A stretch of DNA of 64,000 nt from Macrostomum lignano (taxonomy: Eukaryota): positions 186,001 to 250,000 of the forward strand of contig NIVC01000452.1 in assembly GCA_002269645.1 (NCBI GenBank). The letters are read 5' to 3'. How positions within the stretch are numbered: the first letter of the stretch is position 1; each line of letters begins with the position of its first letter. The position numbers were made by a program, and so were the translations under genes. Below, piece by piece: positions 36,401 to 48,057 of the stretch. The notes beneath the pieces were generated by a model, which was not told the origin of the DNA, ran no database searches, and saw only the letters and a program-made list of their open reading frames with translations.

Positions 36401-39400
36401 CAGAGCCAAGCCGAGATTCCAATTTAGCCCCAAATTGATGTGACTGCACTTGGGATCGAGTCTGGGCCGCTGGCACATGAGAGCTCTGCGCTAGACCACT
36501 GGGCTAATGTATATCTAAACTATCTAGTGTTAATATTATTATTAATGTCTTTCAAGTCAGCCAAGTATCGCTAGTGCTTTTCTCTAAAAATATACATTGC
36601 CGACAACCGTATGCAATTTCTGGCTGTGTATTTTTGCTTTAAAAAGAGAATAAACACTAATATGTGTTAGATTAACACGCGGTTGCTTCTTTAAGCGCTG
36701 TGTCTGCCTTATTGGATAGTCAAATCTAGCGGAGATAAACGATCGGAGGGCACGCTGTACTGTTTTAGTCGCAGCAGCTGTAAAAACCTTCCGATTGCTG
36801 GTCAAAATCATAATAGTAAATAGAAAATTGAGGCACAATTAATTGCTGTACAAATGCACTATTCTTAGTACTGTGAGTAGGCTTGTATAGAATATCGTGT
36901 CATTTTCTTTCGTTATTATCAAATATGAAAAGAAATGGGTTGGAACACCTCGGCCATATAGTTTGCATTGCCTCAATTAATTAACTTTGGAGTCCGCTGT
37001 AATCCCCAACGTTAATCCGTGCCCGCATTGCTAATCCACCCCGCCAGTCTGGACTGCGTGGGCATCCTGAAGCTGCGCAACGCCGATGTCGAACAGAAGC
37101 GCGGAGTCGGCAAGAATCGAAAGAAGAGCATCAAAGCTAGGCTGGTTTTTCGAGTCAACCTGCCGCTGGGCGGTGGAAACTTCATCACACTGCAGGCTGC
37201 CTCCGATCCTATTGTGTGCAGTGAGTGCCGCGCAGAGTCATAATCCCATATCTTATCCTATTTCATCCTATCAGTCCCACCATCCCGAAGAGCTAATCCC
37301 AGCCTCAATTTTGTGTGATTTGCTCCTTGATAAGCCCAAGCCGAATATGAGCATGATTCCGCTACAATAATCCCATTACGATAATCCAACTATCTTACTC
37401 CGATCATCCCATTACGATAATGATATCTCCAACTATCCCACTCCGATCATCCCATTACGACAATCCCTAACTATCCCACTCCGGTAATCCCATTCCGCTA
37501 ATCCCGAACTATCCCACTCCGATAATCCCATTACGATAATCCCTAACTATCCCACTCCGATAATCCCATTACGATAATCCCCTACTATCCCACTCCGATA
37601 ATCCCATTACGATAATCCCCAACTATCCCACTCCGATAATCCCGTTAAGATAATCCCCGACTATTCCACTCCGATAATCCCGTTAAGATAATCCCCGACT
37701 ATTCCACTCCGATAATCCCGTTATGAAATCCCTAAATATTCCACTCCGATAATCCCATTATGATAATCCCCAACTATCCCACTCCGATAATCCCATTATG
37801 ATTATCCCCAACTATCCCACTCCGATAATCCCATTATGATAATCCCCAACTTTCCCACTCCGATAATCCCGTTAAGATAATCCCCGACTATTCCACTCCG
37901 ATAATCCCGTTATGAAATCCCCAACTATTCCACTCCGATAATCCATTGTGATAAACACTTGTACTGTCCCACTCCGATAATCCCCATACTAACAATTTCT
38001 AATTGGATGATCCCTATCTGAATTTCCTGTCCGTCAGCAATCCATTTTTACGACTCCCATCTTGGCATTCCATTCAGATAATCTCCATTCTCATACTTTA
38101 ACCCACACCGCACCCCGCAGTCACCCAGTAGTCCCACTTTTAGCGTTACACGAGCGCACCTGTCTTCAACTAAATCTTTCGCTCAACATCTTTTTAGCCC
38201 AACCTGTGGGCTCCCCAGAGATGCACAGAATCTCCATGATGGAGGGCCCGTGCCACGGCAACGAGGACATGTTCATCATTGGCAAGAACTTCACCAAGGG
38301 CACCCGGGTCATATTCCAGGAGTACATTGAAAACAAAGGCGTAGTGTGGGAGGCCGAGGCCAAGGTCGAGTCCGAGTACTTCTCGCAGACTCACTTAATC
38401 TGCCGGATTCCGCCGTACGGCAATCCGGACTTGAAGAACCCGCTGACGGTGCAGGTGGTGATCCACTGCGGGCCTCGGGTGTCCGAGCCATTCTATTTCA
38501 CCTATAAGCCTGGTGAGTCTGATTTGGTTTTTGGCATGCTCAGCATAATAATCGTTTTTTGTTATTTTACCTGCTACTTACTTATACTTTTACTGTTAGT
38601 ATAGTAGATGGAGATTTAAACGCTAAGCATAGGTCTAAAGTACACTAATGCAAGCATCGCTGACAACACTTCAGTTACCTGTCCGAACGATTTGTCGGCC
38701 GTCACACTGCTAAAAGCAGCCGCTGCAGCCACTGGCAGCGACAGTCCGGGCGACTTGAAGCCGTCGCTGTCCTGCGTGTCGCCTAGTGAGTTTTGTAGCA
38801 TAGGGGCTGTGTGGGAAAGCTTTAAGGATGTTTTGGGATAGTTTGGAGAATGAGAGAGCGGAGAATGCACTGGGTGAGAGCGGAGAATGCACTGGGTGAG
38901 AGCGGAGAATGCACTGGGTGAGAGCGGAGAATGCACTGGGTGAGAGCGGAGAATGCACTGGGTGAGAGCGGAGAATACACTGGGTGAGAGCGGAGAATGC
39001 ACTGGGTGAGAGCGGAGAATGCACTGGGTGAGAGCGGAGAATGCACTGGGTGAGAGCGGAGAATGCACTGGGTGAGAGCGGAGAATACACTGGGTGAGAG
39101 CGGAGAATGCACTGGGTGAGAGCGGAGAATGCACTGGGTGAGAGCGGAGAATGCACTGGGTGAGAGCGGAGAATACACTGGGTGAGAGCGGAGAATGCAC
39201 TGGGTGAGAGCGGAGAATGCACTGGGTGAGAGCGGAGAATACACTGGGTGAGAGCGGAGAATACACTGGGTGAGAGCGGAGAATACACTGGAAGGCTGAA
39301 TCAGTAAGCGAGTCTTTCTAATTGCTTTGCAGTGGCAGCCCAGTTGAACAAGCTGATTGAGGAGAGCTGCCGCAGTCAGCAGCAGCAGCAGCAGCAGGAG

Positions 39401-39820
39401 TCTGCGCACTACAGCGCCGCCTCCGCAGCCAGTCAGGAGCTTCTGCCTGACCTTGGCAACTCGGCTATGGACTGGAATGTCAGCCTACAGCCAGCCGAGC
39501 AGACGGTTGATCATCAGCAGGTTGGCGGAGGCGGCGCCAGCGCTGTCGGCTTGCCGCTGCCCGCCTGGTCTCCGGTCACCGATCCGACTGTGGCGGTGCC
39601 GGCTCAGGCCGCGGTGGCTCCGGCGTCAACCGCCGCTTCTTACATGCAGCTGAGCAGCCAAGTGCTGGACTCTCTGTTCAACGGCGCCACAGGCGTCAAT
39701 TCGGACTCGGTGGCAGTCTCAGCCGAGGCAGTCGGACCCGAGTCTGTCGACGTGCTGTCTAACGCCGTACCGACGTCAGCGGCCGGCACAGTTGACGATT
39801 CGTCCGTTTTTATGCTGTGA
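27432..39820 (+). CDS. NFAT5: NFAT5/TonEBP-like Rel-homology (RHD + IPT/TIG) transcription factor, 8 exons, about 950 aa
   Basis: Exons 27432-28272 (Q-rich), 28652-29138 (S-rich), 29675-29918 ([37 protein letters not shown]), 35638-35831 ([35 protein letters not shown]), 37048-37220 ([15 protein letters not shown]...ARLVFRV), 38198-38512 (IPT: [17 protein letters not shown]), 38675-38785, 39333-39820. Phases match, 2853 nt. [16 protein letters not shown] is the NFAT5-type recognition loop (NFATc has RAHYETEG). The first and last exon limits are less certain. Confidence 0.92.
28320..28590. mobile_element. Degenerate TTAGGG/TTTAGG-rich element with 9-bp inverted ends (Helentron/HINE-like?) in NFAT5 intron 1
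   Basis: TTGGCCACG (28324-28332) and CGTGGCCAA (28578-28586) bracket about 200 bp of GGTTAGGGTTTA-like repeats. Confidence 0.4.
29197..29520. repeat. 28-bp minisatellite, NFAT5 intron 2
   Basis: Unit CAGTTGCTGGGCCAGCCTCCCAGATCCT. Confidence 0.93.
29948..30803. repeat. 31-bp minisatellite, about 27 copies, start of NFAT5 intron 3
   Basis: Unit GTAGAGCTGTCAACCCTGTCATTAGCCTCAG. Confidence 0.97.
31975..32542. repeat. 23-bp minisatellite with higher-order unit
   Basis: GTGGCGCCGGAATGAGTAACTGT, periodically interrupted by GGAATTGGTAATCTGGTGGCTCT. Confidence 0.93.
32997..34592 (-). mobile_element. Mariner (Tc1/mariner DD34D) transposon, inactive, in NFAT5 intron 3
   Basis: Start [14 protein letters not shown] at 34409, HTH region, WVPH mutated to *VPH (TAG), SGDESW, LHQDN, YSPDL, and a C-terminus [16 protein letters not shown]. 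Contains frameshifts and a 310-bp internal duplication. A 5' TIR-like TA|CGAGGGGTATTCAATAAGTT lies at 34571-34592; no matching 3' TIR was found. Confidence 0.93.
34660..35195. repeat. Degenerate GATCGG-based tandem repeat
   Basis: GGGATCGAGGGTT(A/T)TCGGGATC-type units. Confidence 0.85.
35310..35592 (+). mobile_element. tRNA-derived SINE family 1
   Basis: GGGGGTTCGATTC B-box, CORE-like body, AAT/ATT tail ending about 45 nt before NFAT5 exon 4. Confidence 0.85.
36255..36508 (-). mobile_element. tRNA-derived SINE family 2
   Basis: Minus-strand head AGCCCAGTGGTCTAGCGC...GACTCGATCCC. The body GCAGAGCCAAGCCGAGATTCCAATTTAGCCCCAAATT recurs at 24290-24330. Confidence 0.7.
37235..38060. repeat. About 38-bp C/A/T-rich minisatellite, NFAT5 intron 5
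   Basis: Unit ATAATCCCATTACGATAATCCCCAACTATCCCACTCCG, degenerate at both edges. Confidence 0.92.
38853..39290. repeat. 22-bp minisatellite, about 20 copies, NFAT5 intron 7
   Basis: Unit GAGAGCGGAGAATGCACTGGGT. Confidence 0.97.
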
Positions 39821-40077
39821 GCTTGTGACCAATATTGAGCAGCTGCATTGCGGCTTGGACAGCAGTGGGTCTGCTCTTTTCTTGTTTAGTGTCTGCTTTT
39901 GTTTGTTAACATAGCTAACATTTAACATTGTTGTTGTTATGTTTGAAACTTTTTATTCCTGTGATTTTTCCAACCGGTACTAAAGTACGAACTGTACTGT
40001 TTCTGAGACTTCTCCGACTAAATGGGCTGCTATTTTTGCTGTTTACAGCTGGTCTTCTTGTGTCCTAAACTACCATT

Positions 40078-40940
40078 TTGGTGTGTGCTCGGGTCCTTTG
40101 GTGTGCTCACTGGTCCTTTGGTGTGTGCTCGGGTCCTTTGGTGTGCTCACTGGTCCTTTGGTGTGCTCACTGGTCCTTTGGTGTGCTCACTGGTCCTTTG
40201 GTATGCTCACTGGTCCTTTGGTATGCTCACTGGTCCTTTGGTGTGCTCACTGGTCCTTTGGTATGCTCACTGGTCCTTTGGTGTGCTCACTGGTCCTTTG
40301 GTATGCTCACTGGTCCTTTGGTGTGCTCACTGGTCCTTTGGTGTGCTCACTGGTCCTTTGGTATGCTCACTGGTCCTTTGGTATGCTCACTGGTCCTTTG
40401 GTGTGCTCACTGGTCCTTTGGTATGCTCACTGGTCCTTTGGTGTGCTCACTGGTCCTTTGGTATGCTCACTGGTCCTTTGGTATGCTCACTGGTCCTTTG
40501 GTGTGCTCACTGGTCCTTTGGTGTGCTCACTGGTCCTTTGGTGTGCTCACTGGTCCTTTGGTATGCTCACTGGTCCTTTGGTATGCTCACTGGTCCTTTG
40601 GTATGCTCACTGGTCCTTTGGTGTGCTCGGGTCCTTTGGTGTGCTCACTGGTCCTTTGGTGTGCTCACTGGTCCTTTGGTATGCTCACTGGTCCTTTGGT
40701 ATGCTCACTGGTCCTTTGGTGTGCTCACTGGTCCTTTGGTATGCTCACTGGTCCTTTGGTGTGCTCACTGGTCCTTTGGTATGCTCACTGGTCCTTTGGT
40801 GTGCTCACTGGTCCTTTGGTATGCTCACTGGTCCTTTGGTATGCTCACTGGTCCTTTGGTGTGCTCACTGGTCCTTTGGTGTGCTCACTGGTCCTTTGGT
40901 ATGCTCACAAGTCATTTGGTGTGCTCACTGGTCCTTTAGT
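40078..40940. repeat. 20-bp minisatellite, about 43 copies
   Basis: Unit GT(G/A)TGCTCACTGGTCCTTTG. Confidence 0.97.
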
Positions 40941-41177
40941 ATACTTTAGTTTATGAGCCAGAAAATCTCTTAGTCTATAGAGCGGTGGTGTTTGGGAATC
41001 TCAATACGAACAGAAATCTATTTCTTTTCTATTTTACATTCATTGTTACCATGGCTACATGAATAGAGCGAATACTGCCAGGCGTTTCCCCGGTGAGCAG
41101 CTGCACCACAATTGTAAACCATACTATTTATTGGATGGATTTGCGAATAAGTCAGTAGTTTTATCATTTTCGTAGTG

Positions 41178-41181
41178 TGTA

Positions 41182-41279
<98 letters not shown>

Positions 41280-41347
41280 TCTCTCTGTGTCTCTCTCTCT
41301 CCCTCTCTCTGTCTCTCTCTCTCTTTCTCTCTGTGTGTGTGTGTGTG
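41178..41347. repeat. (CT)n-(GT)n compound microsatellite
   Basis: Direct reading. Confidence 0.97.
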
Positions 41348-41429
41348 TCGGCTTTTCTCGGACCTTCTGTAGAGTGTTAAATTCTTATTAACATGTGTAG
41401 TCTAGAGAAGCAGTAGAGCCCTTGTTTCT

Positions 41430-41995
41430 CAGTAGGCCATGGACCCTCATATCTCAGTAGGCCATAGACCCCTCGTATCTCAGTAGGCCATGGACCCCTC
41501 ATATCTCAGTAGGCCATGGACCCCTCATATCTCAGTAGGCCATGGACCCCTCATATCTCAGTAGGCCATAGACCCCTCGTATCTCAGTAGGCCATGGACC
41601 CCTCATATCTCAGTAGGCCATGGACCCCTCATATCTCAGTAGGCCATAGACCCCTCGTATCTCAGTAGGCCATGGACCCCTCATATCTCAGTAGGCCATG
41701 GACCCCTCATATCTCAGTAGGCCATGGACCCCTCATATCTCAGTAGGCCATAGACCCCTCATATCTCAGTAGGCCATGGACCCCTCACATATATGTAGGC
41801 CATGGACCCCTCATATCTCAGTAGGCCATGGACCCCTCATATCTCAGTAGGCCATGGACCCCTCATATCTCAGGAGGCCATGGACCCCTCATATCTCAGT
41901 AGGCCATAGACCCCTCATATCTCAGTAGGCCATGGACCCCTCACATATATGTAGGCCATGGACCCCTCATATCTCAGTAGGCCATGGACCCCTTA
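41430..41995. repeat. 26-bp minisatellite
   Basis: Unit CATATCTCAGTAGGCCATGGACCCCT. Confidence 0.96.
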
Positions 41996-43034
41996 CGTGG
42001 ACAACTGTAAGCCCACTCAAATGAATTAAAAAATGAAAAAAATCAAAATTGATTTGTAAATAGATGATTCTGTGTTGGATTTTTTGTCTTCGTTAGCCTC
42101 TGTTCAGAGTGTTTAATTTGCACAGCTTTGCTATACGTTCCCTCAATTAACAAATTAATTAATTTTCGACCACTTATAACCAATATGTGTTGTGCTGTTT
42201 TTATAGTCTTTAGAATTCCTGATACTTGCAGCGCAATCTGCTCTTGTAATGTGTAAAAATCTCTGACCTGATTGTCATTTTGCGTTTTCGATTGCCCCCA
42301 TGCCTCCCTCCTATGCAAGCTGCGTCAGTGTTTTAGACAATTAAATTATTTTAAATATTGCAATTTCAATTGTAGCCAACAAATCTACTAATACTACTGT
42401 TTTTATTGCTTTTATCGATTATAAGTAGTAAGTATAAAGTAGCACTGAACACTAGGCCGAGATCTCAATAGCTAGTTTATATTATTCTTTAATATGTGTA
42501 CTATAACGCTTTTCATGTTGGAACTTGATTGACAGGTTTCGAACAAACTGGCTGAGCCCATATCCGTTTGTTGCTTGTTGACTCTGCCCTGTTTCAGATT
42601 GTTGTGCGATTTTTGAGCACTAATTATTGAATTATTGTTGTGTCAGGCTTGGATGGATGGGGCTTTAGCTTGTTTGTGCTTGCCTTCTATAATATTTATC
42701 ATTGACTTCAATATTCATTTGGCCTCTTAACTCTCTCTGATCCTGGATCCATTTTTATCAGTTTTGGCTATACTCGCTACTTTATTTTTTATTTGAACGC
42801 GCTCTGTCAAGCTCTATTGTGTTCTGTTGTTTCTGCAACACTGCGTTAGAGCCTTTTGTATAATAATTATATTAATAATAATTGAATATAAATTATGAAT
42901 TTTGCTATTGGTTTATTAGTAAGAAACCAAAGTAATGCTTTCATTATGTCAGAAATTCTCTATGCTAATACTGCTGCAGCTATTGCATTGTCTTCCAGTT
43001 GGGAATTTAAATTCTTTTCATTTAAAACTGCCTC

Positions 43035-43265
43035 CACTCCCAGTTCTCAGCTGTCAGTCACTCCCAGTTCTCCAGCTGTCAGTCACTCCCAGTTCTCAGC
43101 TGTCAGTCACTCCCAGTTCTCCAGCTGTCAGTCACTCCCAGTTCTCCAGCTGTCAGTCACTCCCAGTTCTGAGCTGTCAGTCACTCCCAGTTCTGAGCTG
43201 TCAGTCACTCCCAGTTCTCCAGCTGTCAGTCACTCCCAGTTCTACGGCTGTCAGTCACTCCCAGT
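43035..43265. repeat. 24-25-bp minisatellite
   Basis: Unit CAGCTGTCAGTCACTCCCAGTTCTC. Confidence 0.93.
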
Positions 43266-44008
43266 AGTGCCACTTTCGTGCCATTGCCAACTGACTACAA
43301 GACTTAAGTTATGAGACGCTTCGTTGTCTTCTTACAGACTTTGATGTCAGTATCGCTCTGGTGCTGCTGCATGTAGTTCGGACAGTTTTGGTTACATCGG
43401 TTGCTTTGGTACCTGTTAATAAAACCTATTCAAAATATCAAGAAGACGAAGAGCGTTCTATGAGCAGTAGTTTGTCAGTAACCTGTATATATAGTAGCAG
43501 TAGTAAGGAGCGAGTTGGGATTAGATTGGTGCTATGTCCGCAGTTTTCAAATGCAAGTACATGTAAGCCTAGCGAGGGCATAATTTTTTAACCAATTGCA
43601 GCCGCAAATGTCGGGTACCGGTAGGTGTAAATAATCTTGGGCGATCAGCTAAGGGTAGTCAATTTTTATGAGGCTGTACAATTTAACTTCAAGACACTAC
43701 GTATACAATACAGGTATGCACAGTTAAAGTACGAGTTCAACAACCCTAGCCAGCCGTGCAAACACCTACGCACAGTATTCTAAATGATGTACACTCGCAG
43801 TATATGTACATCAATGCTCTACTGCTGATTGGACTTGAATCTAGCCTAGCCTATTACCGGCTTGAGTGGGCGTGAAAACTTTATTTTATAAATAGACTCG
43901 CACCCGACGGACCTACACTCCATGCAACCCTAAACTGAATTTGCTTTTAAAATTGCACCGTTCTGATGCTTAAGTGGTCAATATAGTGGATAAGATAATT
44001 GAACTCTC

Positions 44009-45496
44009 GTGAGCATGTGGAATTTATCAGCTTGCCTGCGGACAGGCTTCAGCCAGCTGGTGCACAGGCGGGATCAGCGACCGCTGCTGCTGGAACTGGC
44101 CATGATGCTGCTGTCTACTCCAGTGCTGCTGTCCGCTGCCGCGCTGCTGGGACGGGCGCAGAGGAGGCGGGTCAGCGGTGCCCCGTCATGCAAGCAGGTG
44201 ACTGCAGCGTGGGGCCTTGAGCAAGTGTACACGTGTACTGTTGGGTCCTTGGTTCCCTGGGCTGCGGTCACCCTCCCAGATGCTCATGCAGTTGCTGGGC
44301 TGCCGTCACCCTCCCAGATGCTCATGCAGTTGCTGGGCTGCCGTCACCCTCCCAGATGCTCATGCAGTTGCTGGGCTGCCGTCACCCTCCCAGATGCTCA
44401 TGCAGTTGCTGGGCTGCCGTCACCCTCCCAGATGCTCATGCAGTTGCTGGGCTGCCGTCACCCTCCCAGATGCTCATGCAGTTGCTGGGCTGCCGTCACC
44501 CTCCTCTATTTTCTTTTTCGATCAGCATCTCGGGTAGAAGCTTGCAGGCACACACACTGGAGCCCATGCAGCTGCCAGCCAGCTCCATCAGTCACAAAGA
44601 TGCCGCTGCTCCCTTCTCAATACAACCCCCCTGCCACTGCCACATCGCTGAAGCTCCGCGTCCATCGCAGCCTTCTGTGCGCCTTCATCGGCCACTACAG
44701 CGTCAGGTCCTTCCGCATCGTCACTTGGCCAGCCGTCTCCGCCTGCGTCTCCGGCCGGCCGTCGCTGACTACCCAGACGCTGACCGCCGCCGCTGAGCTG
44801 GCCGACGCCGCCACCTACTGCACTATTTTCGGCTGGCTGCTGGCCGAGTCGCTCTGCCTGCACGTGGACACCCTGGCCAGGGCCGGCCGTAGCTCCCAGG
44901 CCGCAGGCCGGCTGTTTCCTTACAGCGCCGCCAACGCGGCAAACTTGTTCGGCTGGGGGTCGCCCTGCCTCATCGCCGTGGTGTACTTCTCCGTGCACCT
45001 GCTGCCGCCAGGCCGGGACGGCGGCAACTCCTGGCTGCTGGTGAAGCGGAACAGCAGCTCGGTGTTCTCCTACGCTGTGCGCCTTCCTGCAGGCTGCCTT
45101 CTGCTGAGCAGCCTGGCCATCAGCGCCTGGTCGCTGCGCATCTGCCTCAGCCGGGCCGCCGCCAGTCAGCCGAGCGGCCGCAGGCTGGCCAGGGCGCTGG
45201 CTCTCGCCAAGGCCGCCGCCAGTCTCTGCCTGCTGACTGGCGGCCTTCTGCTACTCGAACTGCTGCCCGGCGACCTGCTGGAATCGTCGAATGTCGGCGT
45301 CGGCGGTTGGGGATTGGAGGCGGCCAGGTGCGCACAGATCAGCCTGCTGAGCCTGCAAGGCCTGCTGGTGACGGTGCCGCTGTGCTGGGCGAATCGACGG
45401 CTGGCCAGCCTGCTGTGGCCGCGCCGGCTGCGCAGGCGGCGACATCTGCGACGACGATGGCACGCGTGGTCGACAGCTGCCTGCAGCCGAGTGTAG
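44009..45496 (+). CDS. Divergent class B (secretin-receptor-like) 7TM GPCR; 5' exons and structure around 44190-44640 unresolved
   Basis: The ORF carries class B-like signatures in order: WNLSAC (end of the ectodomain), a hydrophobic TM1, LRVHRSLLCAF (TM2), FGWLLAESLCLH (TM3), FGWGSP (TM4) and SLQGLLVTVPLCWAN (TM7). A 38-bp repeat block interrupts the region between TM1 and TM2. Confidence 0.7.
   Translation: MSMWNLSACLRTGFSQLVHRRDQRPLLLELAMMLLSTPVLLSAAALLGRAQRRRVSGAPSCKQVTAAWGLEQVYTCTVGSLVPWAAVTLPDAHAVAGLPSPSQMLMQLLGCRHPPRCSCSCWAAVTLPDAHAVAGLPSPSQMLMQLLGCRHPPRCSCSCWAAVTLLYFLFRSASRVEACRHTHWSPCSCQPAPSVTKMPLLPSQYNPPATATSLKLRVHRSLLCAFIGHYSVRSFRIVTWPAVSACVSGRPSLTTQTLTAAAELADAATYCTIFGWLLAESLCLHVDTLARAGRSSQAAGRLFPYSAANAANLFGWGSPCLIAVVYFSVHLLPPGRDGGNSWLLVKRNSSSVFSYAVRLPAGCLLLSSLAISAWSLRICLSRAAASQPSGRRLARALALAKAAASLCLLTGGLLLLELLPGDLLESSNVGVGGWGLEAARCAQISLLSLQGLLVTVPLCWANRRLASLLWPRRLRRRRHLRRRWHAWSTAACSRV
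44255..44482. repeat. 38-bp minisatellite, about 6 copies, inside the GPCR ORF
   Basis: Unit CCGTCACCCTCCCAGATGCTCATGCAGTTGCTGGGCTG. Confidence 0.95.
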
Positions 45497-45746
45497 GGTC
45501 ACGTGATTCGCGCAACACTTCAGCGTTATGGAATCTTAACAATCGTAATCCTTATCTCAGTTGTCAAGACTAATTTAGTTACTAAGGCACTGCTAACCTT
45601 GGGAACAGAGGTGTCAAATCAGTGCGGCTAAGCTAAGGGCCCCCCCCCCATAACTTTCTTCAGCCTATTAGGGGGGGGGGGGGGCGATGCCCTCCCTGCC
45701 CTCTCCCAGGCTACACCCCTGATACTAAATATATAAACTAGATGAC

Positions 45747-46196
45747 TAGCTAGGCCAGCTGGGCATATTTGTTTGGCCTAAAAGTTTATCTATTTTAAGT
45801 TCAGTAGTAAGGAAGCATCTGTAAGCTATTTTATAAAAAGAAAGGCAGCTGGAGGAACTTGCAGCCGGTAAACGGCTTGCTATTGGCGCAGCCGTTAATG
45901 TACATTAGCCAGCACCGCTGAGAATGTACATGGTAGGCAGCTTTAGTGTTAGGCTGCAACCACTTGAAGAAGGCAATAAAAACTGGTCGGTAGGGCCGGG
46001 GGTGGGGGTAGAGGTTTTGGTGGGGTTTGGTGGGGAAACCCGGTCAGGGGGGTACGAGGCTGAGGTGGGGGGGGGGGGTTAAGAGAGCCAATAAACGAGT
46101 CCTGTCAAAAATACATTAAAATGCTTTTTTATTTAACTTTCTACTGAACTGAAAGTAGCTTACACGCAAATATGCGCCGAGTGGCCCATCCAGTTA
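45747..46196 (+). mobile_element. MITE family A copy
   Basis: Imperfect TIRs (GGCCAGCTGGGCATATTT / AAATATGCGCCGAGTGGCC) and an internal AATGTACATT core shared with the other copies. Confidence 0.75.
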
Positions 46197-46317
46197 TTTA
46201 ATAGAAAAAATCCGGATACTACAGGACTTCCTTTTTACCAAGACATTAACCGTTTCTCCCACCCTCTGTCTGAATTTATGATAGCATTGCATGTAGACTT
46301 GGTTATGCGTGTTTCGA

Positions 46318-46492
46318 TCCCCCCAGACAGTAGTTGATTTTGTGCTGTTAAATCTAGTACGAGCTACAGATTTGTAATAAATTTATTGTATTTTGCTTTC
46401 TGATTCCCCCCAGACAGTAGTTGATTTTGTGCTGTTAAATCTAGTACGAGCTACAGATTTGTAATAAATTTATTGTATTTTGCTTTCTGATT
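46318..46492. repeat. About 87-bp direct tandem duplication
   Basis: CCCCCAGACAGTAGTTG...TTTGCTTTCTGATT occurs twice. Confidence 0.92.
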
Positions 46493-46957
46493 TGTAAATC
46501 GCTTCTTTCTAACAAAGAGTTCTTGTTTGTAAAGGACTTTTCCTGGCTATTTTACTTGCATTGTAATTTGTAAACGAAGGTCTGTTACGACGGTCACACA
46601 CTCACCCCTATCATATTTTCTTTCAGGGAAATTCGTCTTCACGCTTGTAGGTGTATTCCTTTAATAGTGGTAACTTGATTTTCTAAGCCTGAGAGCTTTA
46701 TTACACACTTCCGGGTTGAGATTAAGGATTGGTTTTAGTGCCAGCTCAACCATTCTGGATTGCTAAGTACTTCAGGTGATAATAAACAAATCCTTCATAT
46801 GGCTGCTCCATGATAAATTAAAGCATTCCCTCATGACCGCTTCAGGTTTGAATACAGAAATGAATTCAGACATAAGTCGCTTGTGAAGTTTCTATTTGTA
46901 TTTTTAAAACGCAACAACTTCGTTAAAGCCACAGATTACTAAAATAACTATTGTGAA

Positions 46958-47345
46958 TGCGCCACTCGGGCATAGTGAAACAGCTGTCTACTTTCAGTTC
47001 AGTAGCAAATAAGAATAGATAAGCTATTTTATAAAAACAAAGGTGGCTAAAATGACTTTGCTAAGTTTAGAAGCCCAAGCTTGCAGGCCTAAACAGTTTA
47101 ACTTGCTAATTGGTTCTGCAATAATGTACATTGGCCAGTCCACAGAAATGTACATGGCAGCAATTAGGCTGGAATTCCGAGAAAGGAAATAAAAATTGAG
47201 ACGGGGTAGTGTGGGAAGGCGCTGTTGAAGAGTTTAAGCTGGGGGGGGGTAAGAGCCAATAATTAAATGAGCCTACTTTCAAACGCTTCTGTTTAACTTA
47301 CTACTCAACTGAAAGTAGTTTACACACAAATGTGCTGAGTGGCCT
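46958..47345 (+). mobile_element. MITE family A copy
   Basis: GCCACTCGGGCA...TGTGCTGAGTGGCC inverted ends; CTACTTTCAGTTCAGTAG and its complement are subterminal. Confidence 0.75.
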
Positions 47346-48057
47346 ACAAATGTTTCTAGGAAACAACTCGCTTTCTAGGAAATACTGGGCCATGCAGACA
47401 GAGAAATTCATTTAGTAAGGACATCATCGGTGCCGAGGCTGTATGCAGGTTTCTTGTTTGTCCAGAAAAATTTGTGCTCTCGGCTGCAGGACAGTCAGAG
47501 AAATCGAACTGCCCTCAAGGACGAGCGGCTGCACAAGCTGTGTAATTACTTTTTTTGCTGAATTTCTGCTACAATAGTGCGCTAATAATTCCCCCATCAG
47601 TGACCATTTCCGGTTTAAATCTGTTTTTTAATTTTGGATTATACGATCGTATACTACATATTATATTATATTTCACTACTCCGCCGCAAATTATTAAAAT
47701 AAAAAAGATTTTCAATATTTGCTTTGCTATTATGCTTATATGCACGGAATTGAGTTTTAGGAACTCAATAATTGTTGCCCAAATAGATCGATAAAAAAGG
47801 ATGAGGGCAATTAGCGGTTTAATTATGCTCTTGCCCGGATTTCAGAGAGCTCGTAAGTAAAACAAAGAAGCCATCGATTCGAAACTTTTAAACTTCGAGC
47901 GTAATACAATAATTACACTAATTACGAGGTCAATATTAATTGAACGAGCATATTGAAACATCTTGCTAGATTATTTTTGTGATAGGTAAATTAAATATTC
48001 CACAAAAAACACGAAAAGTCAATACAATCGATCGACTTCAGGGTGTTCTGGTGTGAT

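Noticed and set aside
46560-46880. Penelope/GIY-YIG remnant (minus-strand ELALKPILN) with possible hammerhead
   Set aside because: The motif is too short, the frame has stops, and no complete hammerhead core was found.
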